This document shows, in pieces, positions 1 to 8,812 of a stretch of DNA of 27,950 nt; the stretch's first letter is position 1, and the number at the start of each line of letters is the position of its first letter. A program made the translations under genes and the position numbers. Below the pieces are notes generated by a model. It searched no databases. It saw nothing but the letters and a program-made list of their open reading frames with translations, and was not told where the DNA came from. This stretch comes from Promethearchaeota archaeon (GTDB lineage Archaea > Asgardarchaeota > Lokiarchaeia > Sigyniarchaeales > SOKP01): contig JAHLWP010000045.1 in NCBI GenBank assembly GCA_019057865.1, forward strand, positions 1 through 27,950, in the 5' to 3' direction.

Positions 1-148
1 GATCGTCGAAGGCTTCGAAGGTAGTTCCAATCGTATTTAGACAAGCCATTTGGCGATCATCTAATCGATCAATTTGTTCGCCATCATAATAAAGATTGGA
101 TTTCATTTTACCTAAATCTTTCATGTACTGTTCTTTTGTCCTAACCAT
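1..148 (-). CDS. 4-hydroxybutyryl-CoA dehydratase / 4-hydroxyphenylacetate 3-hydroxylase family protein, N-terminal part (runs off the window)
   Basis: Manual translation from ATG at 148: MVRTKEQYMKDLGKMKSNLYYDGEQIDRLDDRQMACLNTIGTTFEAFDD. This fits the family N-terminus (T.EQY..SL.....VY..GE.I). Absent from the ORF track because it is truncated. Confidence 0.7.
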   Translation of the reverse strand, partial: MVRTKEQYMKDLGKMKSNLYYDGEQIDRLDDRQMACLNTIGTTFEAFDD

Positions 149-419
149 TTCTCATCAATTTTTTAAATTGTTTTTTTTTGGTTTAATTCTTTAATTGTAA
201 TTACATGTTTTTAATTTTAATACAAGAAGTATTAAATCATTTTGATTAATAATTTTATATAATTCAATATTTGATATATTTTTAATTTTTATCATCGATA
301 AGCCAAGTTTTATTATTAAATTTCCCAGGTTTATTTAAATATCCCATTTTAAACTCACTTTAATGTATTAGTAATAATAAATTAGAAGAGTTTACTATCC
401 CTTAAGAATAGACTTAATT

Positions 420-1484
420 TTATTTATTTAAGAATTTTTTCAGTTCTTTTGTGATTTTTTCAGTTTTTTTATCCTTTATCCAATATCTTATTTTCGAGGA
501 TTTTAGAAAATTCTGAATTTTATCATTTAATTCAATTAATTTCTTTCGATCTTCATCAGAAAGCTGAGGGATTTCTTCTTCTATTTTTTCTTTTACTTTT
601 TTAACCTCTTCTTCAATACTAGGGATTTCTATTTGTTCTTTTCCATAAATAAGTCGTTTTCTTAAGATTTCTTTTATATTTTTTATCCACCCTTGAATCC
701 AAGGAAAATTGCCTTGTTTCTTTGGATCAAGTATATTAATTGTTTTTCTATCAACAATTATTAAATCATCAGGACAAGAATTTTCACACGCTCCGCAATA
801 AAAGCATTCATCCTCATTACAAGCAATTTTTCCATATTTTTTTACATCCTCGGCACTTTCCGGAATAAAGAAAGATTCGGTAGGACATATGTTCACGCAT
901 GCTTTACATCCTTGTGGATCGCATTTATAAAGCATATTCTTTTTAATAATTACTTCTCCTTTTATAGGAGAATCTATATGAAAACATTGAGTTGGACATT
1001 CTTTTTCAATTCGATAGTAATCCTTTATATTATTTCTAGTTCTAACATTTAAACATAGAATACATATCTCGTTTTTTTTATCCTCTATACATTTCTTTTT
1101 GTCAATATTAAAAAAATTTCCAATTGAAGGATATTCATCCATATTAATTTGCCCTTCTGGTTCAATAGATTCATGAAAAGCGTCATTTGGACATACTATT
1201 GCACATAACATACAATAACAACATTTATCATAATCTATTAAAATTTTAGGGTTACTCTTATCTAGAATATTTTGGGCAATTTCAGGAATAGGTCCGAGTT
1301 CAATTGCATCGACAGGACATACTAATTTGCATAAACTACATCCAATACATTTTTCTATATCATATGTAAGCTTTTTATTAACTTCTTTAAATTTCCAATT
1401 AAGAATGAGTTGTTCTGGAGTGATCTCGATATCTTTATTTATTTGTTCCTCTTGAGTTTCTTCTTCGGGAGATGTATTTGAAAT
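420..1484 (-). CDS. Polyferredoxin (FwdF-like multi-[4Fe-4S] protein)
   Basis: The frame is open from 1490 to 420. Motifs: CIGCSLCKLVCP and CCYCMLCAIVCP (upstream of, or spanning, the ORF-track ATG at 1211), CDPQGCKACVNICP, CFYCGACENSCP, plus an interrupted site C..CILC...CP. Start placed at ATT 1484 behind an SD-like GGTTGA; the exact start is uncertain. Confidence 0.85.
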   Translation of the reverse strand: MSNTSPEEETQEEQINKDIEITPEQLILNWKFKEVNKKLTYDIEKCIGCSLCKLVCPVDAIELGPIPEIAQNILDKSNPKILIDYDKCCYCMLCAIVCPNDAFHESIEPEGQINMDEYPSIGNFFNIDKKKCIEDKKNEICILCLNVRTRNNIKDYYRIEKECPTQCFHIDSPIKGEVIIKKNMLYKCDPQGCKACVNICPTESFFIPESAEDVKKYGKIACNEDECFYCGACENSCPDDLIIVDRKTINILDPKKQGNFPWIQGWIKNIKEILRKRLIYGKEQIEIPSIEEEVKKVKEKIEEEIPQLSDEDRKKLIELNDKIQNFLKSSKIRYWIKDKKTEKITKELKKFLNK

Positions 1485-1581
1485 CTTTATTCAACCATTC
1501 ATTCCATTTTTCAAATCTATTTAATCTAAATAGTCCTTTATAATTAATTTTAATGTGCTAAATATTTAAAAAGAAGGTATA

Positions 1582-2082
1582 TTAAGAGTAATAAGAATAG
1601 CTTTCTTTATCAAAACCATAAATATATTCAATAGAAATTCCATCAGGTTGAAGATCTAAAGGAGCATAAATTAAAGGCAAGTTCGGAAAGTATGTTCCGA
1701 TTCCTTTCTTTGCTAACATTATCGCAGGATGATCTGTTTCTTTAAAAATTTTCTCACTGATTATTAACGTTATCGCTCTACATTGTTGTTCATCTAGGAT
1801 TCCTAAAGAGTGAACATATTCATGTAAAAGTATGTGATAAGTATAAGCCCAAACTATATCATGAGGTTGTTCTTCTAAAATGATCTTTAAAGGAGTTTTA
1901 TTCATGAGTATTTCTGTACCAGGGTAAAAGTGCATCCCGCCTATAAAACCTCCACGAAATATACCCATCTCAACTAACCCTAAACTTAATCCTGCTCGAT
2001 GGCGTCCATATATTTTTCTAACATCTTTTTTTACTTTTTCAAAAATTTCTGGCATTAATTCTTTAAAATCGTGAAGATTCAT
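1582..2082 (-). CDS. Small zincin-type metallopeptidase-like protein (HExxH)
   Basis: LLHEYVHSLGILDE is HExxH with a downstream Glu; SD-like GAGGTT upstream; C-terminus YYS. Confidence 0.7.
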   Translation of the reverse strand: MNLHDFKELMPEIFEKVKKDVRKIYGRHRAGLSLGLVEMGIFRGGFIGGMHFYPGTEILMNKTPLKIILEEQPHDIVWAYTYHILLHEYVHSLGILDEQQCRAITLIISEKIFKETDHPAIMLAKKGIGTYFPNLPLIYAPLDLQPDGISIEYIYGFDKESYSYYS

Positions 2083-2138
2083 ATAATAACCTCAAATTTT
2101 TATTTTAATATACAAAATTGATGAAGAGTAAGACAATT

Positions 2139-2915
2139 TCATATATCAAAGAACCAATTATCTTCGTCTTCTTTTAAAAAATCCATTAGATTAGATAAAT
2201 CTCTTAACAAATGTCTAACAGAAACTCTATGTTGATCCCTACTAATAAGATCCATGTCTGAGAAAAACATATCATCTAACAAGCTATCAATATTAATTCT
2301 CTTGAAATATTTTATTGGATTGTAAAATAGTGTATAAAAAATTTCTTTTTCCAAAATAGAGCGTCCCTTCCTAAGTTGACCTTCATATTGTTGTCCCATT
2401 AAATTTTTAAGCTCTACTATGAGGCATTCTTTGTTTTGCAGTAAATCACTTCTTTCCTCTTCTAATTCTATAATGTTTTGTTCAATTTCTTTAATTTTTT
2501 CTCCTAAAAATCTTAATTTTTTGTTAGGAATTTTAATTTTCTTATAATCAACACTATATCCAATATCTTTTAGCTGAAGTGTTTCACTCTTTTTATCAAT
2601 TGTAGTAACATTATATTCTATATTATAATGATCAGGAGATAAATCGATTCTTAAAGAGAGATTGCTCATTATCCGATATTTCCCACCCCTTGATTTGGGA
2701 TCTAGATTTTCAATTATACCATTATCAGATAAAATTTTTAATTGAGAATGAACTGCTTGACGAGAAATACCTAATGATCTCGCCAATTCTGAGGCACCAT
2801 GTGGCACCTTAGCTAGTTTTGCTAAAATAATTCTTCTTGTAGGATTACCTAATATTTCTAGTAATGTATCTAAGTTAATAGTTTTATTTTTATTTTCTTG
2901 ATTTTCAATTATCAT
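2139..2915 (-). CDS. ArsR-type winged-HTH transcriptional regulator with coiled coil (Phr/HSR1-like heat-shock regulator)
   Basis: ILGNPTRRIILAKL...ASELARSLGISRQAVHSQLKILSDNGII winged HTH, then heptad-rich KIKEIEQNIIELEEERSDLL; follows hsp20-cdc48. Confidence 0.8.
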   Translation of the reverse strand: MIIENQENKNKTINLDTLLEILGNPTRRIILAKLAKVPHGASELARSLGISRQAVHSQLKILSDNGIIENLDPKSRGGKYRIMSNLSLRIDLSPDHYNIEYNVTTIDKKSETLQLKDIGYSVDYKKIKIPNKKLRFLGEKIKEIEQNIIELEEERSDLLQNKECLIVELKNLMGQQYEGQLRKGRSILEKEIFYTLFYNPIKYFKRINIDSLLDDMFFSDMDLISRDQHRVSVRHLLRDLSNLMDFLKEDEDNWFFDI

Positions 2916-2965
2916 ATTTAATCTCTCTTTTTTTGTAAATTACTTAATACAATTTTAAATTTTTA

Positions 2966-5191
2966 TTATCTATATAATTCTTCTGAAGGTTCTTGTGAAT
3001 ATATTTCATGAGATTTTTTTGCTTTATCAGCAGATTTTAAGATTTTTTCAAATGCTTCATCGAATTCAGATTTAGAAATTTTCACTACTTTTACAGATTC
3101 TGCATCTTGAGTATTGATATTTTTATTAGTAACTGCCTTTCGAATAGTTAGTAGAGTAGCTTCTTCACAAATTGCTTGAATATCCGCTCCTGTATAACCT
3201 TCCATATCTCCCGCCATTTTATCAATATCCACATTACCTGCTAATGGCTTGTTTCTAAGATGGATTTTAAAAATATCAATTCGCGATTTTTTATCTGGCA
3301 TAGGTATCTCAACATGTCTTCCAAACCTACCCGACCTTAATAAAGCTGGATCAAGCATGTCGGGCCTATTTGTAGCAGCAAGTAAAACAACATCTTTTAA
3401 CCCTTCTAATCCATCCATCTCTGTTAATAACTGTGAAACAACTTGCTCTGTGACTTGAGAACCTGCAAATCTACCTCTCAAACCTGCTATAGCATCTATC
3501 TCATCAAAGAAAATTATACAAGGTGCTGCTGATCTTGCTTTTCGAAATGTTTCTCTTACGGCTTTTTCACTTTCACCAACCCATTTCGATAGAAATTCTG
3601 GACCTTTTACTGATATAAAATTTATCTCAGTTTCGTGAGCTAATGCTTTAGCTAATAAAGTTTTTCCTGATCCAGGAGGTCCAAAAAGTAAAATCCCATT
3701 TGGAGGTTTTGATTTTAAATGGGAATATAATTCAGGATATTTTAATGGCCACTCTATCACTTCTCTTAATTGGAGCTTAGCATCTTCTAGCCCCCCAATA
3801 TCGTCCCAAGTTTCAGTTGGTTGACTAATTAATACTTCTCTTAAAGCAGATGGTTCGATGCCTGTTAATGCTGTTTCGAAATGATTCATTTTAATTTGAA
3901 GATCCATTAATATTTCAGGAGGAATTGGCTTATCTAGATTTATTTTAGGTAAAATTTCTCTTATAGCTAACATTGCAGATTCTTTTGCTAATGATTCTAC
4001 ATCAGCACCAACAAACCCATGAGTTTTCTCAGCGATTAGCCGAAGATCAACATCTTTATATAAGGGCATTCCTCGTGTATGGATTAGTAAAATTTCATAA
4101 CGTCCATCAGTATCAGGAACTCCAATCACGATTTCACGGTCAAATCTTCCAGGTCTTCTCAATGCAGGGTCAATATCATTTACTCTATTTGTTGCGCCAA
4201 TAACGATAATTTCTCCACGCCCTTCTAAACCATCTAATAGTGATAATAATTGAGCAACAACCCTTCTTTCAACTTCACCGGTTACTTCACCTCTCTTAGG
4301 GGCTATTGAATCTAATTCATCAATAAAAATGATTGAAGGTGAATTTTCTTTAGCCTCTTCAAAAACTTTACGAAGATTTTCTTCACTTTGACCGTAAAAT
4401 TTGCTCATAATTTCTGGTCCACTTATTGTAATAAAATGAGCATCGGTCTCTCCGGCAACAGCTCTTGCTAGTAATGTTTTTCCTGTACCGGGAGGACCAT
4501 GAAGTAATACACCTTTAGGTGGATCAATACCAATTCTTTTAAATAATTCAGGATGCCTTATAGGTAATTCAATCATCTCACGGATTCTCTGAATTTCTTC
4601 TTCTAAACCTCCAATATCTTCATATGTGACTTTTCTTCTTTCTAATTCTTCAAATTCTTTATGAGTCTTTTCTGAAATAGTAATTGTAGTATCTAAATGA
4701 ATCCTAACAGCCTCAGCTTTAGGATGGTATTCAATAACAACAAAATCAATTCTACGACCCATAGCATTAAAACTTATAATATCTCCCTTAGTAACTATTC
4801 GGTTTTCTAATATTTGTGTTATTTGTTGAGGGGTTCTTAATATTATGGACTCTTCTAAACCTGCAAATGTTATTCGTTCTGCTAAACTAGCTTCTATTTT
4901 CCGTATTTCTACTATATCATCTAAAGAGGCATTTAAATTTCTTCGTAGTGAAGAATCTATTCTGATTGAATTAGTACCTCTATCTTCCTCTTTTCCAGGA
5001 TATAACAATGCTGCTGTTTTCTTTTCTGCCGCTGGATGTAAAATCTCAATTACATCACCAGTTCTAAGATTTAATTCCCTAATTAAGTCAGGATCGATTC
5101 TTATTCTACCTCTTCCCGCATCTATCTTATAAGCGTCTTTTATTTTAACTTTTCTCCCATTCCCTTTAAATTCCCTTGTTATTTCACTCAT
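2966..5191 (-). CDS. cdc48: Cdc48/VCP/VAT family AAA+ ATPase
   Basis: N-domain ([10 protein letters not shown]); two AAA modules with Walker A GPPGTGKT and GPPGSGKT, Walker B IIFIDE and [18 protein letters not shown] and ALLRSGRF; C-terminal HbYX motif LYR. Confidence 0.97.
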   Translation of the reverse strand: MSEITREFKGNGRKVKIKDAYKIDAGRGRIRIDPDLIRELNLRTGDVIEILHPAAEKKTAALLYPGKEEDRGTNSIRIDSSLRRNLNASLDDIVEIRKIEASLAERITFAGLEESIILRTPQQITQILENRIVTKGDIISFNAMGRRIDFVVIEYHPKAEAVRIHLDTTITISEKTHKEFEELERRKVTYEDIGGLEEEIQRIREMIELPIRHPELFKRIGIDPPKGVLLHGPPGTGKTLLARAVAGETDAHFITISGPEIMSKFYGQSEENLRKVFEEAKENSPSIIFIDELDSIAPKRGEVTGEVERRVVAQLLSLLDGLEGRGEIIVIGATNRVNDIDPALRRPGRFDREIVIGVPDTDGRYEILLIHTRGMPLYKDVDLRLIAEKTHGFVGADVESLAKESAMLAIREILPKINLDKPIPPEILMDLQIKMNHFETALTGIEPSALREVLISQPTETWDDIGGLEDAKLQLREVIEWPLKYPELYSHLKSKPPNGILLFGPPGSGKTLLAKALAHETEINFISVKGPEFLSKWVGESEKAVRETFRKARSAAPCIIFFDEIDAIAGLRGRFAGSQVTEQVVSQLLTEMDGLEGLKDVVLLAATNRPDMLDPALLRSGRFGRHVEIPMPDKKSRIDIFKIHLRNKPLAGNVDIDKMAGDMEGYTGADIQAICEEATLLTIRKAVTNKNINTQDAESVKVVKISKSEFDEAFEKILKSADKAKKSHEIYSQEPSEELYR

Positions 5192-5273
5192 CTTTTTATC
5201 ATCATCATACGTTCATAATAAATTCTATTTCTCAAATATTTATTAAAATGATTATTTAATAATTATTATTCTA

Positions 5274-5882
5274 TTACCTTAATTTCTTCACTTTTATGTA
5301 AGCAATTCCATTATTTACACCTAACTCATAACTTTCCTTTAATAACTTAGAAGGTAAACTAATCTTTTTAAAATATTTCCGATTTTTATTTTGAGCGGTA
5401 AGCAATAATATTTTGCCATCAGCACTAAAATCTATCTTAACATCTCCTCTTTCAATACCTGGAACTTCAATTAGAATCTCAAAATATTCTTTATCTTCAT
5501 TAATCTCAGTATATGGTTCTAAAACATATATTTCTTCATCTTGCTTTAATGTCTCTAATGTAAGTTCACTCGCATCAATCTCTTTTTTAGTGTGTGAATC
5601 AAATAGTTTCTTTAACTTGGGATATTTATTCATGTCCACATTTTTTAAGAAGTCCTTAATTTTTTTATCATCAATATTACCTTCAATTTTTATTTCAGGT
5701 TTATCCATACCTGTTTCAAAATGATATGATATCTTAAATTCTTGCAATTTTTTATCATAAGGCTTTAGTCCTAAATCAATATTTTTTTCTGGAATAAATA
5801 AAACATCTATATCAAAAATATCTGAATCTAATTTAAAAAACTTTTTAAATTCATCAATTATATCATCAAAATCATCTCGCAC
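5274..5882 (-). CDS. hsp20: Small heat-shock protein (Hsp20/alpha-crystallin domain)
   Basis: C-terminal alpha-crystallin domain (EPYTEINED...IEVPGIERGDV...YFKKISLP...NNGIAYIKV). The ORF-track GTG at 5891 lies inside the SD GAGGTGA, so GTG at 5882 is the likelier start. Confidence 0.85.
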   Translation of the reverse strand: MRDDFDDIIDEFKKFFKLDSDIFDIDVLFIPEKNIDLGLKPYDKKLQEFKISYHFETGMDKPEIKIEGNIDDKKIKDFLKNVDMNKYPKLKKLFDSHTKKEIDASELTLETLKQDEEIYVLEPYTEINEDKEYFEILIEVPGIERGDVKIDFSADGKILLLTAQNKNRKYFKKISLPSKLLKESYELGVNNGIAYIKVKKLR

Positions 5883-5917
5883 GCTTTTCACCTCTGATTT
5901 TTAAGACTTCGATTTTT

Positions 5918-5959
5918 TTGTCATTCCTTAATTGTCATATGAACCTTTACATATAAAAA
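5918..5959 (-). promoter_or_regulatory. Putative hsp20 promoter (TATA) with three phased heptamers (candidate operator)
   Basis: Minus-strand TTTTTATAT at 5951-5959. Plus-strand TTGTCAT (5918-5924), TTGTCAT (5932-5938) and TTTACAT (5946-5952) recur at exact 14-bp spacing. Confidence 0.45.
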
Positions 5960-5973
5960 TCTATTGGTTTTAG

Positions 5974-6000
5974 AAAAAAAGTGTTCTACCACTCTTTTTT
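5974..6000 (-). terminator. Hairpin with T-tract, terminator-like (possibly bidirectional)
   Basis: Minus strand AAAAAAGAGTG-GTAGAA-CACTTTTTTT; the stem uses a G-U pair on the minus strand. Confidence 0.45.
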
Positions 6001-6098
6001 AAAAATAAAATATATTTAAAATGTAGAAAAAGTAAGTAATATACGTATTAGCCAACTGAAAAGATTTTTTTACCCCAAAAGCTATTATAAAAGGAGAC

Positions 6099-6167
6099 TT
6101 AGTGATTCAAATTGAAATTTTTGTTTACACGGATTACACGTTTAAGATTCAATTGATTTTCACACAT
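6099..6167 (-). CDS. Possible 22-aa peptide MCENQLNLKRVIRVNKNFNLNH
   Basis: ATG at 6167 preceded by GGGGTT; stop TAA at 6099-6101; exactly antisense to the 6102-6173 ORF. No homology evidence. Confidence 0.18.
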   Translation of the reverse strand: MCENQLNLKRVIRVNKNFNLNH

Positions 6168-6173
6168 TTTTAA
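6102..6173 (+). CDS. Possible 23-aa hydrophobic peptide MIQIEIFVYTDYTFKIQLIFTHF
   Basis: SD AAGGAG (6091-6096), 5-nt spacer, GTG at 6102, TAA at 6171-6173. No homology evidence. Confidence 0.25.
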   Translation: MIQIEIFVYTDYTFKIQLIFTHF

Positions 6174-6338
6174 CCCCGTTGACTATTTACGTAATATTAC
6201 TTATGATACATAACTAAAATTCATTTTAAAATTTATATCGAGATTATAGGATTTTTAATTTGTAAAGATTTAAATATTCATATTGTCCAATTTTTATGCA
6301 AGATTAATTTAATTAAACAGTAGATTTTGTAAAAGAGA

Positions 6339-7394
6339 CTATTTAAACTCCTTTTTTACCTCTTCAATGACTTCACCTGTCCGATATAACAATTCATAAG
6401 CTACTTTTGGTGAGTACCAACCTGATAATCCACAGTCAGGACCAACAAATTTAAGACGTTCTCCATAGTGATCAATAGCATCAAGCAGGTTCTTTTTAAT
6501 TCTTTCTTTAGAATCAATTAGACTTATTGTTCCTTCGATAGTCTTTAAATAATCAAATGAAACTCCTGAATCCAACGCCTCTGCCATAATATTATTAACA
6601 TTAGTCCTTGTAATACCTACACGGATAAATTTATCATATTGTTCTAACTCTCTTTTTGGAATTTTATTAGACTTATTTGAAGCATATTCACAGGTAATGA
6701 CATTAAGATTTTCTGTTTGTAAAGGAATTGATGCTAAATTAAGAGTATGAATATGAAATTGACTTTTTACATCAATTCCTTCTAGAGTTTTGTCAAAAAC
6801 TTGTATTAATTCATCATTATCAATATTAATTAAATCAACATAACCAAAAGAAGGTTCATCGACTGAAATGATTGAAGTTTTCATGTATTTTGTATTGATA
6901 ATGGAATTTTTTAAGAAAGAATTTATTGATTTAGCAAAATTTAATGCCATATCTAAATAAATCGTAAAATTTAATTTCTTAATATACATTTCTATAGGTC
7001 CTGTTATACATAATTTAATATTAAGAGGCTCAGCTGTTCTTTCATAGTATTCCACCCCAAATTTATCAAGTACAAACATTTCTGGAATAAAAGCTTTATC
7101 TGGATCTACTAAATTTGGCTCAGTTTCGTAATCTGATAACGGCTTTAAAAATTGTTTGTACATATCCATATGCTGCGGATAATTAACTACTTCTACTCCT
7201 GCTTTTAATTTAAACTGAAATGATTGAAGGAGTGGGTGAATGAAATAATTATAAATTCCTCGATGCTCAAAAATATCCACTTTATTTATTATTGCTTTAT
7301 AGGCAGTCCAATAAAACTGCTTAAACACTTCCTTATCGACATAATTCGGTAATGGAAAACTACCTACATCATCAAACTTAGGAAACTCACTCAA
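6339..7394 (-). CDS. Core (folate-independent) methionine synthase, MetE C-terminal barrel only, MesC-like
   Basis: 351 aa; FDDVGSFPLP, NYPQHMDM, CITGP, SVDEPS; Zn-site candidates HIH (His where MetE has HxC), CEYA and GPDCGL. TTG start behind SD AGGTGG. Confidence 0.8.
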   Translation of the reverse strand: MSEFPKFDDVGSFPLPNYVDKEVFKQFYWTAYKAIINKVDIFEHRGIYNYFIHPLLQSFQFKLKAGVEVVNYPQHMDMYKQFLKPLSDYETEPNLVDPDKAFIPEMFVLDKFGVEYYERTAEPLNIKLCITGPIEMYIKKLNFTIYLDMALNFAKSINSFLKNSIINTKYMKTSIISVDEPSFGYVDLINIDNDELIQVFDKTLEGIDVKSQFHIHTLNLASIPLQTENLNVITCEYASNKSNKIPKRELEQYDKFIRVGITRTNVNNIMAEALDSGVSFDYLKTIEGTISLIDSKERIKKNLLDAIDHYGERLKFVGPDCGLSGWYSPKVAYELLYRTGEVIEEVKKEFK

Positions 7395-7570
7395 TTTAAT
7401 TGACCACCTTTTTAATTAAAATGTGAAAAAATCAAAAAAGAAAATTTCGCAACTGTATATTATTCTTTTGCAATATTTGTTCTATAAGTTTAAGATCTTT
7501 TAATTTATCAATGAAGAAGTTTTTTAATAAAGTATATATATTCATTTTTAGCATTATATATAAAGAACGT

Positions 7571-7600
7571 GCTTTAAAAAGCTAAAAGCTTTAAAAAAGT
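7571..7600. promoter_or_regulatory. Tandem short inverted repeats in a divergent promoter region (candidate operator)
   Basis: GCTTT-AA-AAAGC at 7571-7582 and near-copy GCTTTAAAAAAGT at 7588-7600, just downstream of TTATATATAAA. Confidence 0.25.
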
Positions 7601-7679
7601 GGTAATCCATTATTTTATTCAAATAATATTAACAACTTGTATTGTATTCAAAAAATAATTTTAGAAAGAAGGGAATATT

Positions 7680-8807
7680 ATGTTAAAAGCAGAAAAATTG
7701 CCTAAAGAATGCAAAGAATATATGACTCCAATGGAAAGGATAACGGGTCTTATATCACGAAAAAAACTTGATAGAGTTCCGTGCTTTCCATTCGTTTCAG
7801 CAGCAGCAGCTCAGCTTAGACGGTTAAACTATGGAGAATATGCTACAAAACCAGATTTATTCTTAAGATGTCAAATAGAAGCTCAACAGCTTTTTGGGTA
7901 TGATGGTATTACAGCAATGCCAGATCTTTGCGTTGAGGCTCAAGGTTTTGGGGCAAAAATCATATATCCCCCAGATAACGCTGCTTATCCAGATCCTTAT
8001 AATCCAGTTCTTAAATCTCCAGATGATTATAAAAACATAGGTAAATTATTTGATTGGTCCCATGCTGACAGGATGAAAAATCAAATAAGAGTTGTTAAAA
8101 CCATAAAGGAGGAATTACCTGATTTAATGATAGGAGGGATGACAATAGGTCCATTAGGATTAATAAGCCGGCTTCGTAATATTAATGAACTCGTGCGAGA
8201 TTTCACGCATCATAAAGACAAGCTTCATGAAGCACAAGAAATTGTAACCGATATTCAAATAGAATATATTGAAAAACAGATTGAGGCAGGAGCTCGAACA
8301 ATCATGGTTCCTGTCGTTTTAGCCGAGAGAGAACTTATGAGCAAGGAAATGTGGTTAGAATTAGATATGCCCTATCAAAAGAAGATTGCCAATTTTGTGA
8401 GAAAAAAAGGAGCTTTTTATATGGTTCATACTTGTGGTCGAGGTCCCTATTTTGATCCGATAATTGAGCATCTTCGACCAGTTCTCATTCAAAATGCATT
8501 CTTACCTGATGGTATAAAAACTGAACAGGAAATGGTTGAAAAATATGGGAAGAAGTTAATATTTTTAGGATTTTTAAGCGTTTCATTACTTGCATGGGCA
8601 CATCCTTATGAAGTTATAGCGGAATGTAAAAGACAACTTGAAGTTTTCGGAAAGTCACCCGCAGGCTATATTCTTGGAGCGTCTTGTGAATATCCCCCCT
8701 ATGCACCCCTATATAATGCGATGGCTGTTGTTAAAGCAGCTAGGACGTATGGTAAAAATTTTCAAACTGGTAAGGGAGCCAATTATGAAGGAGAAGAAGG
8801 AGGTTAA
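7680..8807 (+). CDS. MtaA/CmuA-family (uroporphyrinogen decarboxylase fold) corrinoid-dependent methyltransferase
   Basis: MTPMERI...DRVPCFP, DLCVEAQGFGA, GP motif, Zn-binding HTCG and C-terminal GASCE; directly followed by a corrinoid protein gene. Confidence 0.85.
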   Translation: MLKAEKLPKECKEYMTPMERITGLISRKKLDRVPCFPFVSAAAAQLRRLNYGEYATKPDLFLRCQIEAQQLFGYDGITAMPDLCVEAQGFGAKIIYPPDNAAYPDPYNPVLKSPDDYKNIGKLFDWSHADRMKNQIRVVKTIKEELPDLMIGGMTIGPLGLISRLRNINELVRDFTHHKDKLHEAQEIVTDIQIEYIEKQIEAGARTIMVPVVLAERELMSKEMWLELDMPYQKKIANFVRKKGAFYMVHTCGRGPYFDPIIEHLRPVLIQNAFLPDGIKTEQEMVEKYGKKLIFLGFLSVSLLAWAHPYEVIAECKRQLEVFGKSPAGYILGASCEYPPYAPLYNAMAVVKAARTYGKNFQTGKGANYEGEEGG

Positions 8808-8812
8808 AAGCT

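Larger units (their letters stand above)
6033..6203. repeat. 171-bp element bounded by an imperfect 24/26-nt inverted repeat (candidate structured ncRNA, small-peptide locus or MITE)
   Basis: Left arm 6033-6056 TAAGTAATAT-ACGTA-TTAGCCAAC against the reverse complement of 6178-6203, TAAGTAATATTACGTAAATAGTCAAC: 22 identities in 26 columns. Confidence 0.65.

Noticed and set aside
1491-1502. Selenocysteine readthrough of ATG-AAT-GGT-TGA into the polyferredoxin
   Set aside because: The TGA would be residue 4 in a non-Cys, unstructured-looking context, it forms part of the SD-like sequence, and I saw no convincing SECIS downstream of the gene.
3249-5724. Plus-strand ORFs (3249, 3973, 4845, 5413) opposite cdc48 and hsp20
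   Set aside because: Antisense shadows of well-supported genes, with no motifs.
6066-6183. CCCCAAAA/AACCCC words resembling ciliate telomeric templates, ORB G-strings, or the GTCAAC/GTTGAC ends of IscB omega-RNA
   Set aside because: Only 6-8-nt matches; no reverse transcriptase, orc1/cdc6, TnpB or IscB gene nearby and no full consensus.
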